DNA from: an uncultured Actinomycetes bacterium
GTDB lineage: Bacteria; Actinomycetota; UBA4738; HRBIN12
NCBI GenBank assembly: GCA_963704725.1
Contig: OY969934.1
Location: 2,112,001-2,176,000, forward strand
Reading direction: 5' to 3'
Length of the DNA: 64,000 nucleotides
Shown here one piece after another: positions 9,668-19,841 of this stretch. A program made the position numbers and the translations under genes. The notes beneath the pieces were generated by a model. It had not been told where the DNA came from. It did not search any database and was given only the letters and a program-made list of their open reading frames with translations. Numbering within the stretch: position 1 is the stretch's first letter; each line of letters starts with the position of its first letter.

Positions 9668-10789
9668 CTACACCGCTCCGGCGGGTTCGCGAGCGCCCGC
9701 TGCCGCTCGCTCCAGGATCGCCGAGATCTGCTCGTCGAACTCACGGACGTCGAAGCGCTCCGCGTGGGTTCGGATCGTCGTCACGTCGTATGCATCGGGA
9801 TCGAACCGGAACATGGCCGCGGCGAGCGCCTGCGGGCACGGGTCGTCGTAGAGGGCGCCCGTCCGACGGTCGACGACGGCCTCCCGCGCGCCGCCGACAC
9901 CGAACGCGATGACCGGCGTGCCGCAGGCCTGGGCCTCGACCATCGTCATGCCGAAGTCCTCCACGCCCGGCACGACGAGGGCCCGCGCGCCCCGGTACAG
10001 CTCGCGCAGGGTCGCCCGGTCCGGGCTCGACACGAACTCGGTCTCGGGGCCCGCCAGGCGCCGGAGTCGGGCGAGCTCGGGTCCATCACCCGCGACGACC
10101 AGCTTGGCCCCCGCGAGCTGCGCCGCTCGGATGGCGGTCTCCACCCGCTTGTAGGCGACGAGTCGCCCGGCGACGAGGAAGGAATCGCCGCGCGGCGCAT
10201 CGGCGCCCGGGGTCCAGTACGACGTGTCCACAGGGGGGTACACGACCGTGGCTTCCCGGCCGTACGCCGTCCGGATCCGATCGGCCACGTGGCGGGAGTT
10301 CGCGACGAACACGTCCACGCGTCTCGCCCACGCTCGGTCGGCGCGGCGGAGGGCGGCGGCCACGAGCGGCCAGACCGGCCGCGCCGGGCCGGGCACGCGG
10401 CGGATCTCCTCGCGCCACGCCCAGGCGTATCGCATCGGGGTGTGGCAGTAGGTGATGTGCACCGCGCCCTCCGGCACCCGGATCGCGTTGACGCATGCGT
10501 GCGAGCTCGTGACGACGACGTCGAACCCCCGAAGGTCCAGGCGCGACCACGCCCCCGGCATGACCGGGAGGTACCGCTGCCAGTGATGTCGGGCGGACCG
10601 GCGCATCCCCGTGCGGTGCACGTGGACGCGGCGCCCGGGGAAGAGCTCCGCGGCCAGCTCGGGCCGAGCCGTGAACGTGAAGACGTCGCTCGCGTCCGCG
10701 ACCCGGGCCAGACGCGCCGCCACCTGCTCGGATCCGCCGTACGTCGTGACCCACTCGTGACAGAGCGCGACGCTCAGCCCCTCCATCAC
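9668..10789 (-). CDS. GT4 glycosyltransferase (mannosyltransferase-like)
   Basis: HEW..GGSE, YCHTPMRYAW, GRLVAYKR, EDFGMTMVEAQACG. Confidence 0.9.
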   Translation of the reverse strand: MMEGLSVALCHEWVTTYGGSEQVAARLARVADASDVFTFTARPELAAELFPGRRVHVHRTGMRRSARHHWQRYLPVMPGAWSRLDLRGFDVVVTSSHACVNAIRVPEGAVHITYCHTPMRYAWAWREEIRRVPGPARPVWPLVAAALRRADRAWARRVDVFVANSRHVADRIRTAYGREATVVYPPVDTSYWTPGADAPRGDSFLVAGRLVAYKRVETAIRAAQLAGAKLVVAGDGPELARLRRLAGPETEFVSSPDRATLRELYRGARALVVPGVEDFGMTMVEAQACGTPVIAFGVGGAREAVVDRRTGALYDDPCPQALAAAMFRFDPDAYDVTTIRTHAERFDVREFDEQISAILERAAAGAREPAGAV

Positions 10790-10799
10790 GTTCTCCCCT

Positions 10800-12224
10800 T
10801 CAGCCCGCGTTGCGTCCGCGAAGGACCTCGACCACCGTCCGCAGCGTGATCCCGACGTCCAGCATCAGCGACCAGTGCTCGATGTATCGGTTGTCCGCAT
10901 CCACCCTGGGACCCAGCTCGGTGTCCCCCCGCAAACCGGTCACCTGGGCCAGACCCGTGATGCCCGGGCGGATCCGGTGGCGGTGGCGGTAGGCGGCCAC
11001 GCTCTCGTTGAACTCCTCGACGAACGGCGGGCGCTCCGGGCGGGGGCCGACGATGCTCATGTCGCCCACCAGCACGTTCCACAGCTGCGGCAGCTCGTCG
11101 AGGCTCGACGTGCGAAGGATCCGCCCGAGGCGCGTCCGACGGGGATCGGCCTTCACCGCCCACACGGGACCGGTGTCCCGCTCCGCGTCCTCCTCCATCG
11201 TCCGGAACTTCCACATCCGGAACACGCTCCCCGCCCTGCCGACCCGCTCTTGCCGATACAGCACCGGCCGTCCGGACGTGACGAGGATGGCGAGGGCGAC
11301 GAAGAGCATGGGCAGTGCGAGGATCACCAGCAGGAACGCCGAGACGGTCAGGTCGTACACCCGCTTCTCGAACGCATGGATCCCGATCAGCGCCGGCGGC
11401 GACACCTTCACGATCGTGCGGCCGTCGAGCTCGCGCGTCGTGAGGCGGTCGGTGGCCACGGAGCGAACGGGGCTCGCCACGTACACCGGGAACCCGGCCC
11501 CGCCGGCCTGCACCACGAGCTCCCACACGTCCTCGCTGGGGCGGGTGTCGGCCTGCAGCAGGATCCCCGGCACGCTCCTCCACCGGCCGGCCCGGCCGTG
11601 CACGACCGAGTCCAGGTACGGGCCGAGCTCCTCGGCCGTCAAGCGCGCGATCACCTCGAACTCGTCGCTCGCCGGCTCCGGCCCGGTCCCGCCGACGAGC
11701 ACGACGGGCCGCCGCAGCCGGCCGCGCGCCCGGGTCCGCGCGACGAGCCCCCGAGCCAGTCGGCGCTCGACCACCAGGAGCAGGAACGACAGCGCGGCAA
11801 CCAGGACGAACCAGCCGCGGGACACCGCGATCATGTGGAGGAGGAACACCGCCGTGGCCACGATCGCCACGCCCTCGATGACGGAGGTCCGGATCCTGGC
11901 GGTCTCCCCGCGCGGGGATGCGAGCGTGTCTTCGTCGTACAGCCGCTGCGCCGCCATGATCGACACCACGGCGACCCCCCACAACACGGATGCGATCGCG
12001 TGTCCGGGCAGGTCGAGCGGCACGTCGCGCGCGACCTGAAGCACGCCGAGACCGAACCGCAGGGCGAACGCGAGCCCGATCGCGGCGCCGATGGCCGCGA
12101 GGTCGGCGACCAGACGCGCGATGACGAGCGTCGTCTCGCCCCGATCGGACGCGTGCGCCCGATCGACTCCTCTCGATCCCGCCGCCCCGACGGCGGGCGT
12201 GGTGGTCGAGGGCCTCGAAGCCAT
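10800..12224 (-). CDS. Polyprenyl-phosphate sugar phosphotransferase (WcaJ/WbaP-like priming transferase)
   Basis: Four N-terminal TM segments; KFRTM, DPR, SLDELPQLWNV, GDMSIVGPRPE, PGITGLAQV; ATG 12224 has a GGAGG SD (an alternative start is 12260). Confidence 0.92.
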   Translation of the reverse strand: MASRPSTTTPAVGAAGSRGVDRAHASDRGETTLVIARLVADLAAIGAAIGLAFALRFGLGVLQVARDVPLDLPGHAIASVLWGVAVVSIMAAQRLYDEDTLASPRGETARIRTSVIEGVAIVATAVFLLHMIAVSRGWFVLVAALSFLLLVVERRLARGLVARTRARGRLRRPVVLVGGTGPEPASDEFEVIARLTAEELGPYLDSVVHGRAGRWRSVPGILLQADTRPSEDVWELVVQAGGAGFPVYVASPVRSVATDRLTTRELDGRTIVKVSPPALIGIHAFEKRVYDLTVSAFLLVILALPMLFVALAILVTSGRPVLYRQERVGRAGSVFRMWKFRTMEEDAERDTGPVWAVKADPRRTRLGRILRTSSLDELPQLWNVLVGDMSIVGPRPERPPFVEEFNESVAAYRHRHRIRPGITGLAQVTGLRGDTELGPRVDADNRYIEHWSLMLDVGITLRTVVEVLRGRNAG

Positions 12225-12237
12225 CCGCGTCCCTCCG

Positions 12238-14004
12238 CTATCCATCGGTAGCTTCGGCATCGGGCTGGCTCCGCTGGACCCAGACGTCGCGGCCGGGGAG
12301 GATCCCGGTCCTCAGGAACTCCAGGGCGGGAGGCGGCAGGGAGGCCAGGTCGCTCGGGAACGCGTCGACCTGTCGCTGCAGCCAGTCGCGCGCGTACGGC
12401 GGGTCGTTCATCGAGAGGCCGACGTCGACGCCGATCATCCGAACGTCGGGGTTCAGGGGATGGCGCCCCACCGCCGCGTTCACGAGGTCCCGCGCCTCCC
12501 GTCCGGCCTCCGCTTCACCGGCCGCGGCGTCCTGCGCGCGGTAGACGGCCAGCGTCTGGACCGGCCAGATCCTGCCCGGGGCCAGGGCCACCGCGCCCCG
12601 CAGGGACCAGGTCGAGTTGTACGTGCGGCCCCACTGGTGCAGGACGGACGAGGCCAACAGCAGCATCGACACGGCGAGGCCGGCCGAGAGCAGCACACCG
12701 ACAGCCGTTCGCCCGGCTCCGCGGGGGACGCCGGCGTGCCCGGGCGCGGCTCTCCCCGATCCCGCGGCGATCCCCGCGAGCAGGAACAGCAGGGGTGTGA
12801 GCGAGGCGCTCAGCGGCTGCAACAGGTGGAACACGAACAGGGCGCTCGCCGCGCCGGCCGCCCATCCCACGCTCCGGCCGTTCCTCCAGGCCCGCCGGAC
12901 CACGAGCACGAGGAGCGAGGCGAACAGGCCGAACCCGACGAGGCCGGTGGTCACCGCCGAGTCGATCACGATGTCGTGGGCGTCGGCCATGTCCCGGTGC
13001 GCCGACCGGACGTCCTGCGGCGTCGCGCTCGACAGGTAGGCGGTCCACGTGTTGCCCACGCCCCACCCCAGCACGGGTCGCTCGCGCGACGCCCTGAGCA
13101 GGGCGCCGGCGATCGCCACCCGGGCCTGCGCGGAGTCGGTCGTCAGCTCCTGGAACCGGCCCACGCCGGACAGGGGCTGCGCATCCGAGAGCAGCGGCGA
13201 GACCAAGGTCCATCCGGCCACCGTGGCCACCACCACGCCCGAGATCAGCAGGGTCCGGGCCCGGCCGGGCCGGGCGCGAACGAGCGTGACGACGAGCCCC
13301 ACGGCGACCGCCACCAGGCCGGCCCGCTTGCTCGACAGGGAGAGAGCGCTCGCGAGCACGATCATCGCGGCGACGAACGCCGCCCGGTGCCGCGTGCGAA
13401 CCCCGGCCGCGCCGGCCAGGGCGACCGCCATCATGCCCGAGACCAGGACGGCGTACCCGAGCGTCGAGCCACCCAGGTCCAGGTGGACCGCGTGCGCGAG
13501 CACCTCGGGCGCGAACCGAGACAAGATGGCCACGACCGCCACGGGCACGGCCGACACGAACAGCCAGGTCGGCACCCGGTCGACGATCGACCTCGGCAGC
13601 GCGGCCCCGGACACGAGCAGGAAGGCGCAGGGTCCGAGCAGGATCAGGCCGCCGGGCACGTTGTCCTGGCCGGTCAGGCCGAGCCACCGGTCGACGCCGA
13701 AGACCGCCGAGAGGCCGAGCGCGCCGACCCAGCCCCCCGCGAGCAGCGCCACCGTCCGGTCGGACCTGGCCGACCCGGCCCAGATCAGCAGGCACGCGAC
13801 CAGGAGCACCGCGATCTTGACGTCGACGAAAGGGGTCGCGCTCATGGGCAGGAACACCAGCGGCACGGCCACGACGACGAGGCCGACGCCCAGCTCGAGC
13901 AGGCGCGGGCGGCGAGAACCGGCCTCCGGCGGCGGGCCGGACGAGTCGGTTCGGAGCTCCTGCGGCTCGAGGACGGCAGGGCGAGCGTGCCCGGACGAGA
14001 TCAC
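12238..14004 (-). CDS. O-antigen ligase / O-oligosaccharyltransferase-family (Wzy_C) membrane protein
   Basis: Many TM helices; SSKRAG, RP.LGWG, DAHD..ID..TGLVG; soluble helical C-terminal extension. Confidence 0.75.
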   Translation of the reverse strand: MISSGHARPAVLEPQELRTDSSGPPPEAGSRRPRLLELGVGLVVVAVPLVFLPMSATPFVDVKIAVLLVACLLIWAGSARSDRTVALLAGGWVGALGLSAVFGVDRWLGLTGQDNVPGGLILLGPCAFLLVSGAALPRSIVDRVPTWLFVSAVPVAVVAILSRFAPEVLAHAVHLDLGGSTLGYAVLVSGMMAVALAGAAGVRTRHRAAFVAAMIVLASALSLSSKRAGLVAVAVGLVVTLVRARPGRARTLLISGVVVATVAGWTLVSPLLSDAQPLSGVGRFQELTTDSAQARVAIAGALLRASRERPVLGWGVGNTWTAYLSSATPQDVRSAHRDMADAHDIVIDSAVTTGLVGFGLFASLLVLVVRRAWRNGRSVGWAAGAASALFVFHLLQPLSASLTPLLFLLAGIAAGSGRAAPGHAGVPRGAGRTAVGVLLSAGLAVSMLLLASSVLHQWGRTYNSTWSLRGAVALAPGRIWPVQTLAVYRAQDAAAGEAEAGREARDLVNAAVGRHPLNPDVRMIGVDVGLSMNDPPYARDWLQRQVDAFPSDLASLPPPALEFLRTGILPGRDVWVQRSQPDAEATDG

Positions 14005-14049
14005 GTTCCCAACATCGGCCGTTCGGCCGGGGCGATTGAGCCTTTCGAC

Positions 14050-15286
14050 CTACTCGGTGCGTCTCGGTCTCCTCACCCTCGCCGGAGGGCTCGTAGTAGC
14101 GGGCGCCCTGGAAGCGCGTGGGCCGGTACTCCTGCTCCACGCGGTGGCCCGGGAAGTCGTGCGGGTACTTGTAGCCCTCGCCGTACCCGAGCTTGCGGAG
14201 CGCCGGGTGGCCGGGCTCCTTCAGGTGCAGCGGCACCGGGTCGCTCGACGCCGCGTCCTCCTTGGCCCGCCCCAGCGAGGCCACCACGCTGTTGGACTTC
14301 GGCGCCCGAGCCAGGTAGATGGCGGCCTCGGCCAGGTTGAGCTGCGCCTCGGGCAGGCCCACGTACTCGACGGCCTGGGCCGCCGCGACCGCGACGAGCA
14401 GGGCCCTGGGGTCGGCCAGCCCGATGTCCTCGCTGGCGTGGACGACCATCCGCCGCGCGATGTACCGGGCGTCCTCGCCCGCCTCGATCATCCGCGCCAG
14501 CCAGAACAGCGCGGCGTCGGGGTCCGAGCCCCGGATGCTCTTGATGAACGCGGAGATCACGTCGTAGTGCGCGTCGCCTTGCCGGTCGTAGACGATGGCC
14601 TTCTTCTGGACGGCGTCCGCGGCACGCTCGAGCGTGACGGCGTCCTCGCCTGCCGACCGCGCCGCGAGCACCGACGCGTCGAGGCCCGTCAGGGCCACCC
14701 GGGCATCGCCGCCGGCCACCTCCACCAGGTGCTCGAGCGCCTCGTCGGAGACCTCGACGGCGAGCTTGGCGAGCCCCCGATCCTCGTCGGCGAGCGCCCG
14801 CCGCAGCAGCGCCCGGACGGCGTCCGCGTCGAGCGGCTCGAGCCGCAGGAGGATGCATCGCGACAGCAGCGGCGTGACGAGCGAGAAGTACGGGTTCTCG
14901 GTGGTGGCCCCGATCAGCGTGATCGTGCCCTCCTCCACCGCCGGCAGCAGGACGTCCTGCTGCGCCTTGGACCATCGGTGCACCTCGTCCACGAACAGGA
15001 CGGTCCGGAACAGGCCACCCTTGGCCTGCGCCATGACCTTCCGGGCGTCCGCCACGCCGGAGGAGACGGCCGAGAGCTGCGTGAGCTCGGCGCCCACCGA
15101 CTCGGCCAGCAGGTACGCCAACGTCGTCTTGCCCGTCCCGGCAGGTCCCCACAGCACGAGCGAGGGCAAATGGCCGCCGTCGAGGAGGTTGGTGAGCGCC
15201 CGCCCGGGGCCGAGCAGGTGGGTCTGCCCGACGAACTCGTCGAACGCCCGCGGTCGCATCCGGGCCGCGAGGGGGACGTCGGCCAC
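14050..15286 (-). CDS. rarA: Replication-associated recombination protein A (RarA/MgsA); 3' stop is out of frame as assembled
   Basis: PLAARMRP, GPAGTGKT, DEVHR, GATTENP, SAFIKSIRGSD, SEDIG, PKSNS, YKYPH. The expected TAG (14050-14052) is one base out of frame. Confidence 0.88.
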
Positions 15287-15291
15287 GCCGC

Positions 15292-15690
15292 TCACTCCTT
15301 GTAGTGGATCACGCGGTCGGGACGGATCCTCAGGATCTCCCGAACCTGCCCCGGGGTGTACGCGTAGCCGTGCCCGTCGTACCGCCACGAGAGCTCGTCG
15401 ATGTGACGCTCGGCCCGCGCGCCGACCTCGATGTCGACGACCGTCCCGGTGATCGAGATCCAGTCGTAGGCGTCCCCGCCGCCCAGGACCGAGACCGACA
15501 CGCGCGGGTTGGCTCGGAGGTTGCGGTCCTTGACGCGACCCTGCGCCGTGTTCACGAGCACGAGGCCGTCCGCCGCGTCGACCCAGACGACCGTGGCCTG
15601 GGGCGAGCCGTCGGCGTTCATCGTGACGAACGTGGCGAAGTTCTTCCCGGTCAGGAGCTCGACGTCGCGGGCGGTGAGCTCGGCGCTCAC
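15292..15690 (-). CDS. PPOX-class F420-dependent oxidoreductase
   Basis: ATFVTMNADGSPQATVVW, KDRNLRANPRVSV, IDELSWRY; GTGA coupling to aspS. Confidence 0.85.
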   Translation of the reverse strand: MSAELTARDVELLTGKNFATFVTMNADGSPQATVVWVDAADGLVLVNTAQGRVKDRNLRANPRVSVSVLGGGDAYDWISITGTVVDIEVGARAERHIDELSWRYDGHGYAYTPGQVREILRIRPDRVIHYKE

Positions 15691-17474
15691 GCGTCCTCCT
15701 CGGCCGGAGCGATCACGGCGATGCCGAGCTCCATGAGCTGCTCCGCGGAGACCGGCGCGGGGGCCCCGGTGAGCGGGTCCGCGCCGGACTGCGCCTTGGG
15801 GAAGGCGGTCACGTCGCGCAGGGTCTCCTTGCCCGCCATGAGCATGACGAGCCGGTCGATGCCCATGGCGATGCCCCCGTGGGGCGGCACGCCGTACCGG
15901 AACGCCAGCAGGAGATGGCCGAACTTCTCCTGGATCTCCTCTTCCGACAGCCCAAGCACCTCGAACACCCGGTGCTGCACGCTCGGATCGTGGATGCGGA
16001 TGCTGCCGCCGCCCATCTCGAACCCGTTCAGGACGAGATCGTAGGCGCGAGCCTTGGCGGTCCGGGGATCCACGTCGTCGGACAGCGGCGACGTGAAGGG
16101 GTGGTGGTTGGACACCCACTTGCCCTCGTCGTCGGACCACTCGAAGAGCGGGGGCTCCGTGTACCAGCAGAAGGCCCACTCGCCGGCGGGCGCCAGGCCG
16201 GCTCGCTCGGCCACGAGCCGCCGCAGCCCGTCGAGCGCCGAATGCACGCGGCTCGGTTGATCCGCCACGAGCAGGACGACCTCCCCGTCGGCCGAGTCCG
16301 TCTTCTTCACGATCGCGGCGATCTCCTCCGGCGACAGGAACTTGGCGATCGGCCCCTCGCAGCTCGCCCGACCCGAGGTTCCGGAACCACGCCAGCCCGG
16401 CCGCGCCGCGTCCGCGCGCGAACGTCTCCAGGTCCTTGGCGTCCTTGCGCGAGAGGCTCCGCCCCACGGCGCGGAGAACCCCTTGATCGCCCCCCCGGCC
16501 TCGAGGACGCCCCGGAAGGCGTTGAAGGCGGTGCCGGCGAAGTCGCCGCCCAGGTCCGCGATGAGCATGCGGTCGCCGTAGCGGAGGTCGGGCTTGTCCG
16601 TCCCGTACCGGCTCATCATCTCGTCGTACGTCATGCGGGGGAACGGCGTCGGCACCTTCACGCCGTGCACCTCCTCGACGATGCGCGCGTAGATCGGCTC
16701 GATCACGGCGAACAGGTCGTCCTCGTCGACGAACGACATCTCGATGTCGAGCTGCGTGAACTCGAAGCTCCGGTCGGCTCGGGGCTGCTCGTCGCGGAGG
16801 CAGCGGACGATCTGGTAGTAGCGGTCCTGGCCGGCGACCATCAGGAGCTGCTTGAGCTGCTGCGGCGACTGCGGCAGCGCGTAGAACGAACCGGGCTGCA
16901 GGCGCGAGGGCACGAGGAAGTCGCGAGCCCCCTCGGGTGTGCTCCGCGTGAGGAACGGCGTCTCGACCTCGAGGAACCCCCGCGCCTCCATCTCCTGGCG
17001 GATGATCCGGTTGATCTCGTGGCGGAGCCGGAGCATCTTCGTCATCTCGGGACGGCGCAGGTCGAGGTAGCGGTGACGCAGGCGCAGCTCCTCGGAGGCC
17101 TCGATGCGGTCCTCCACCGGGAACGGCGGCGTGTCGGCCGGGCTGAGGACCTCGGCCTGTTGGACGGCGATCTCGATCTCGCCCGTCGGGAGCTCGGGGT
17201 TCACGGTGCCCTCAGGGCGCGCCCGCACTTCGCCGGTCACGCGCACGACGGACTCGGACCTGAAGGCCTGGGCCGCAGCGTGCGCCTCGGGGGCGTCCTC
17301 CGGGTGGAACACGAGCTGCACGAGGCCTTCCCGGTCGCGGAGGTCGACGAAGGTGACCCCTCCGTGGTCGCGCCGGCGCCACACCCACCCGCAGAGCGTC
17401 ACGGGCGTCCCGGCGTCCTCACCGCGCAGCTCCCCGCACGCGTGGGTGCGCATCGCCGTCCGCAGGTCGCTCAT
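15687..17474 (-). CDS. aspS: Aspartate--tRNA ligase (two compensating 1-nt frameshifts at about 16465 and 16355)
   Basis: RTHACGELR, RRDHGG, PEGARDF, PQSPQ, HHPFT, GGGSIRIH, PPHGG, FPK; the GAD-domain text 'SRKDAKDL..GAAGLAW' lies in a shifted frame. Confidence 0.95.
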   Translation of the reverse strand: MSDLRTAMRTHACGELRGEDAGTPVTLCGWVWRRRDHGGVTFVDLRDREGLVQLVFHPEDAPEAHAAAQAFRSESVVRVTGEVRARPEGTVNPELPTGEIEIAVQQAEVLSPADTPPFPVEDRIEASEELRLRHRYLDLRRPEMTKMLRLRHEINRIIRQEMEARGFLEVETPFLTRSTPEGARDFLVPSRLQPGSFYALPQSPQQLKQLLMVAGQDRYYQIVRCLRDEQPRADRSFEFTQLDIEMSFVDEDDLFAVIEPIYARIVEEVHGVKVPTPFPRMTYDEMMSRYGTDKPDLRYGDRMLIADLGGDFAGTAFNAFRGVLEAGGAIKGFSAPWGGASRARTPRTWRRSRADAARPGWRGSGTSGRASCEGPIAKFLSPEEIAAIVKKTDSADGEVVLLVADQPSRVHSALDGLRRLVAERAGLAPAGEWAFCWYTEPPLFEWSDDEGKWVSNHHPFTSPLSDDVDPRTAKARAYDLVLNGFEMGGGSIRIHDPSVQHRVFEVLGLSEEEIQEKFGHLLLAFRYGVPPHGGIAMGIDRLVMLMAGKETLRDVTAFPKAQSGADPLTGAPAPVSAEQLMELGIAVIAPAEEDA

Positions 17475-18746
17475 GGCTCCACCGTCTCGCCGTGGGAGGC
17501 GAGCCAGTTCACCACATCCGCCAGCGGAACCTGCCGCTGATCGCCGCCCGAGAGCGGGCGCATCGTCACGGTGCCCGCCTCGACCTCGTCGGGGCCGAGG
17601 ATGGCCGCGTACGCGGCGCCGGCGCGGTCGGCCATCCGGAGCTGCGCCTTGAGCGGCCGATCCTCGAACGCGATGTCGGCCCCCACGCCGGCGCCCCGGA
17701 GCGCCCGGACGAGCTCCCGCCCGGCCGCGCGGCCCTGCTCGCCGAGCCCCACGACGAACGCCGCGATCGCCGGCTCCTCGGGCTGGTCCAGACCCTCGTC
17801 CTGGAGCGCCAGGAGCACGCGCTCCAGGCCCATGCCGTAGCCGACCCCGGGCACGTGCGGGCCCCCCGAGGACCTCGGCCAGCCCGTCGTACCGGCCGCC
17901 GCCGAACAGCGTCGCCTGCTGCGACGACAGGCCCTCCGCGACGAACTCGAACGCCGTCCGGGTGTAGTAGTCGAGACCCCGGACCAGCGTGGGCGTGTTC
18001 GCCGCCTCGATCCCCTCGTCCCGGAGGCCCTGGAGCACACCTTCGAAGTGCTCCGTGCACGGATCGCACAGCCGGTCCACCATCTTCGGCGCCTGGGCGG
18101 CGACGGCGGCACACGCCTCGTCCTTGCAGTCCAGGACGCGGAGTGGGTTGTCCTCGAACCGGTCCTTGTGCTCGTCGCGGAGCCGGTCACGGTTGGCGCG
18201 GAGGAACGTCACGAGCTCCTCGCGATACGCGGGGCGGCAGACCTCGTCGCCGAGCGAGTTGACCTCGACGCGGAAGCGCGCGAGGCCGAGATCGCGCAGG
18301 AACCGGTCCCCCACCGCGATGACCTCGACGTCGGCCGCGGGGGCGGCCTCGGCGAACACCTCGATGCCGAACTGCCGGTGCTCGCGGTAGCGGCCCGCCT
18401 GCGGCCGGCTGAACCGGTACATGCGCGTGAGGTAGTACGCCTTGAACGGCGTCGGCATCTCGGTCCGCTTGTGGAGGTAGGCCCGCATCACGGGCGCCGT
18501 GCCCTCGGGCCGCAGGGTCAGCGAGCGGTCGCCCCGGTCGAGGAACGTGTACATCTCCTTGGAGACCACGTCGCTCGTCCGCCCGGAGGTGGTCGAGAAC
18601 AGCTCCGTGTCCTCGAACCCCGGCGTCTCGACGTAGCGGTACCCGTAGCGGCGCGCGAGCTCGGCCGCCCGGTCGTAGAGCGCGCGCATGCGGCTCCCCG
18701 CCGGCGGCATCAGGTCGAGCGTCCCTCGGGGCGGCTGGAGCTCCAC
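17471..18746 (-). CDS. hisS: Histidine--tRNA ligase (1-nt frameshift in a G6 run at about 17865)
   Basis: PRGTLD, KEMY, LRPEGTA, RGLDYY, GGGRYD, then GYGMGLER and the anticodon domain in the adjacent frame. Confidence 0.93.
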
Positions 18747-18747
18747 C

Positions 18748-19368
18748 TCAGAGCTCCAGGAGGAAGGGGTTGCGCGAGCGCTCCCGGCCCACCGAGGTCC
18801 GCGGTCCGTGGCCCGGGTACACCTCGAGGGCGTCGGGCAGCTCGAGGAACCGGCGAAGGCTGGCCATCATCGCCGCCTCCGAGGAGCTCGGGAAGTCGTA
18901 CCGGCCGATCGAGCCGGAGAAGACCAGGTCGCCCGACAGGACCCAGCCGTCGGTCCGGAAGCACACGCTGCCCGGAGTGTGCCCCGGGGTGTGGAGCACC
19001 TCGATGCGGAACCCGGCAAAGGTCAGGACGTCCCCGTCGGCCAGGGTTCGGACGTCCTTGACCGGAACCGGCGGGGTGCCACCGAAGGTCGCCCCCCACG
19101 CCTCGGGGTCGGTGAGCGCGAGGAGATCGCCCTCGTGGATGTAGAAGGGGAGGTCGTCGCCGCAGAACTCGGGCGCGCTCCCGATGTGGTCGAAGTGCCC
19201 GTGGGTGGCCAGGACGGCGACGGGGCGCCGGCCCTCGGTCTCGAGCATCCGGTGGACCAGCCCGGGCGCGAACCCCGGGTCCACCACCACGGCCTCGTCG
19301 GTCCCGTCGGCGCCGATCAGCCAGCAGTTGGACTCGAACGAGTTGTCGGAGAACACGTCCAGGTACAT
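18748..19368 (-). CDS. MBL-fold metallo-hydrolase (glyoxalase II-like)
   Basis: THGHFDH, TPGHTPG, SGD, PGHG; conserved position upstream of hisS. Confidence 0.9.
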   Translation of the reverse strand: MYLDVFSDNSFESNCWLIGADGTDEAVVVDPGFAPGLVHRMLETEGRRPVAVLATHGHFDHIGSAPEFCGDDLPFYIHEGDLLALTDPEAWGATFGGTPPVPVKDVRTLADGDVLTFAGFRIEVLHTPGHTPGSVCFRTDGWVLSGDLVFSGSIGRYDFPSSSEAAMMASLRRFLELPDALEVYPGHGPRTSVGRERSRNPFLLEL

Positions 19369-19394
19369 GGGGCGGCCATCGTATCGGGTGAGCG

Positions 19395-19841
19395 TCAGAG
19401 CTCGGCGGCGTCGATCCAGAGCGTGACGGGACCGTCGTTGACCAGCTCGACGGCCATGTGCTCGCGGAACGCGCCGCGGGCGACCCGGGCGCCGAGGCTC
19501 TCCAGGGCCCGGGCGAAGGCCTCGATGCGATCGGCGGCGACCTCGGGCGGGGCGGCGCCGTCCCACGAGGGCCGGCGGCCCCGGCGGACGTCGCCGAAGA
19601 GGGTGAACTGCGGCACCACGAGGATCTCGCCGCCGACGTCGGACACGGACCGGTTCATCTTGCCCTGCTCGTCCTCGAACACCCGGAGATGGAAGACCTT
19701 GGCGGCCAGCCGGTCGTACTCGCCGAACCCGTCGTCCCTCCCCACGCCCACCAGCAGCAACAGGCCCGTTCCGATCGACGCGACCGGTTCGCCGCGCACG
19801 GACACCGATGCGCGCGCCACCCGCTGGAGGAGGACCCGCAC
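19395..19841 (-). CDS. dtd: D-aminoacyl-tRNA deacylase
   Basis: LQRV..ASV, LRVF, QFTL, NDGPVT. Confidence 0.93.
   Translation of the reverse strand: MRVLLQRVARASVSVRGEPVASIGTGLLLLVGVGRDDGFGEYDRLAAKVFHLRVFEDEQGKMNRSVSDVGGEILVVPQFTLFGDVRRGRRPSWDGAAPPEVAADRIEAFARALESLGARVARGAFREHMAVELVNDGPVTLWIDAAEL

Noticed and set aside
15687-18746. 1019-aa apparent HisRS-AspRS fusion ORF
   Set aside because: Produced by one extra G in a G6 run; the HisRS C-terminus and its stop exist in the neighbouring frame with a normal ATGA overlap to aspS
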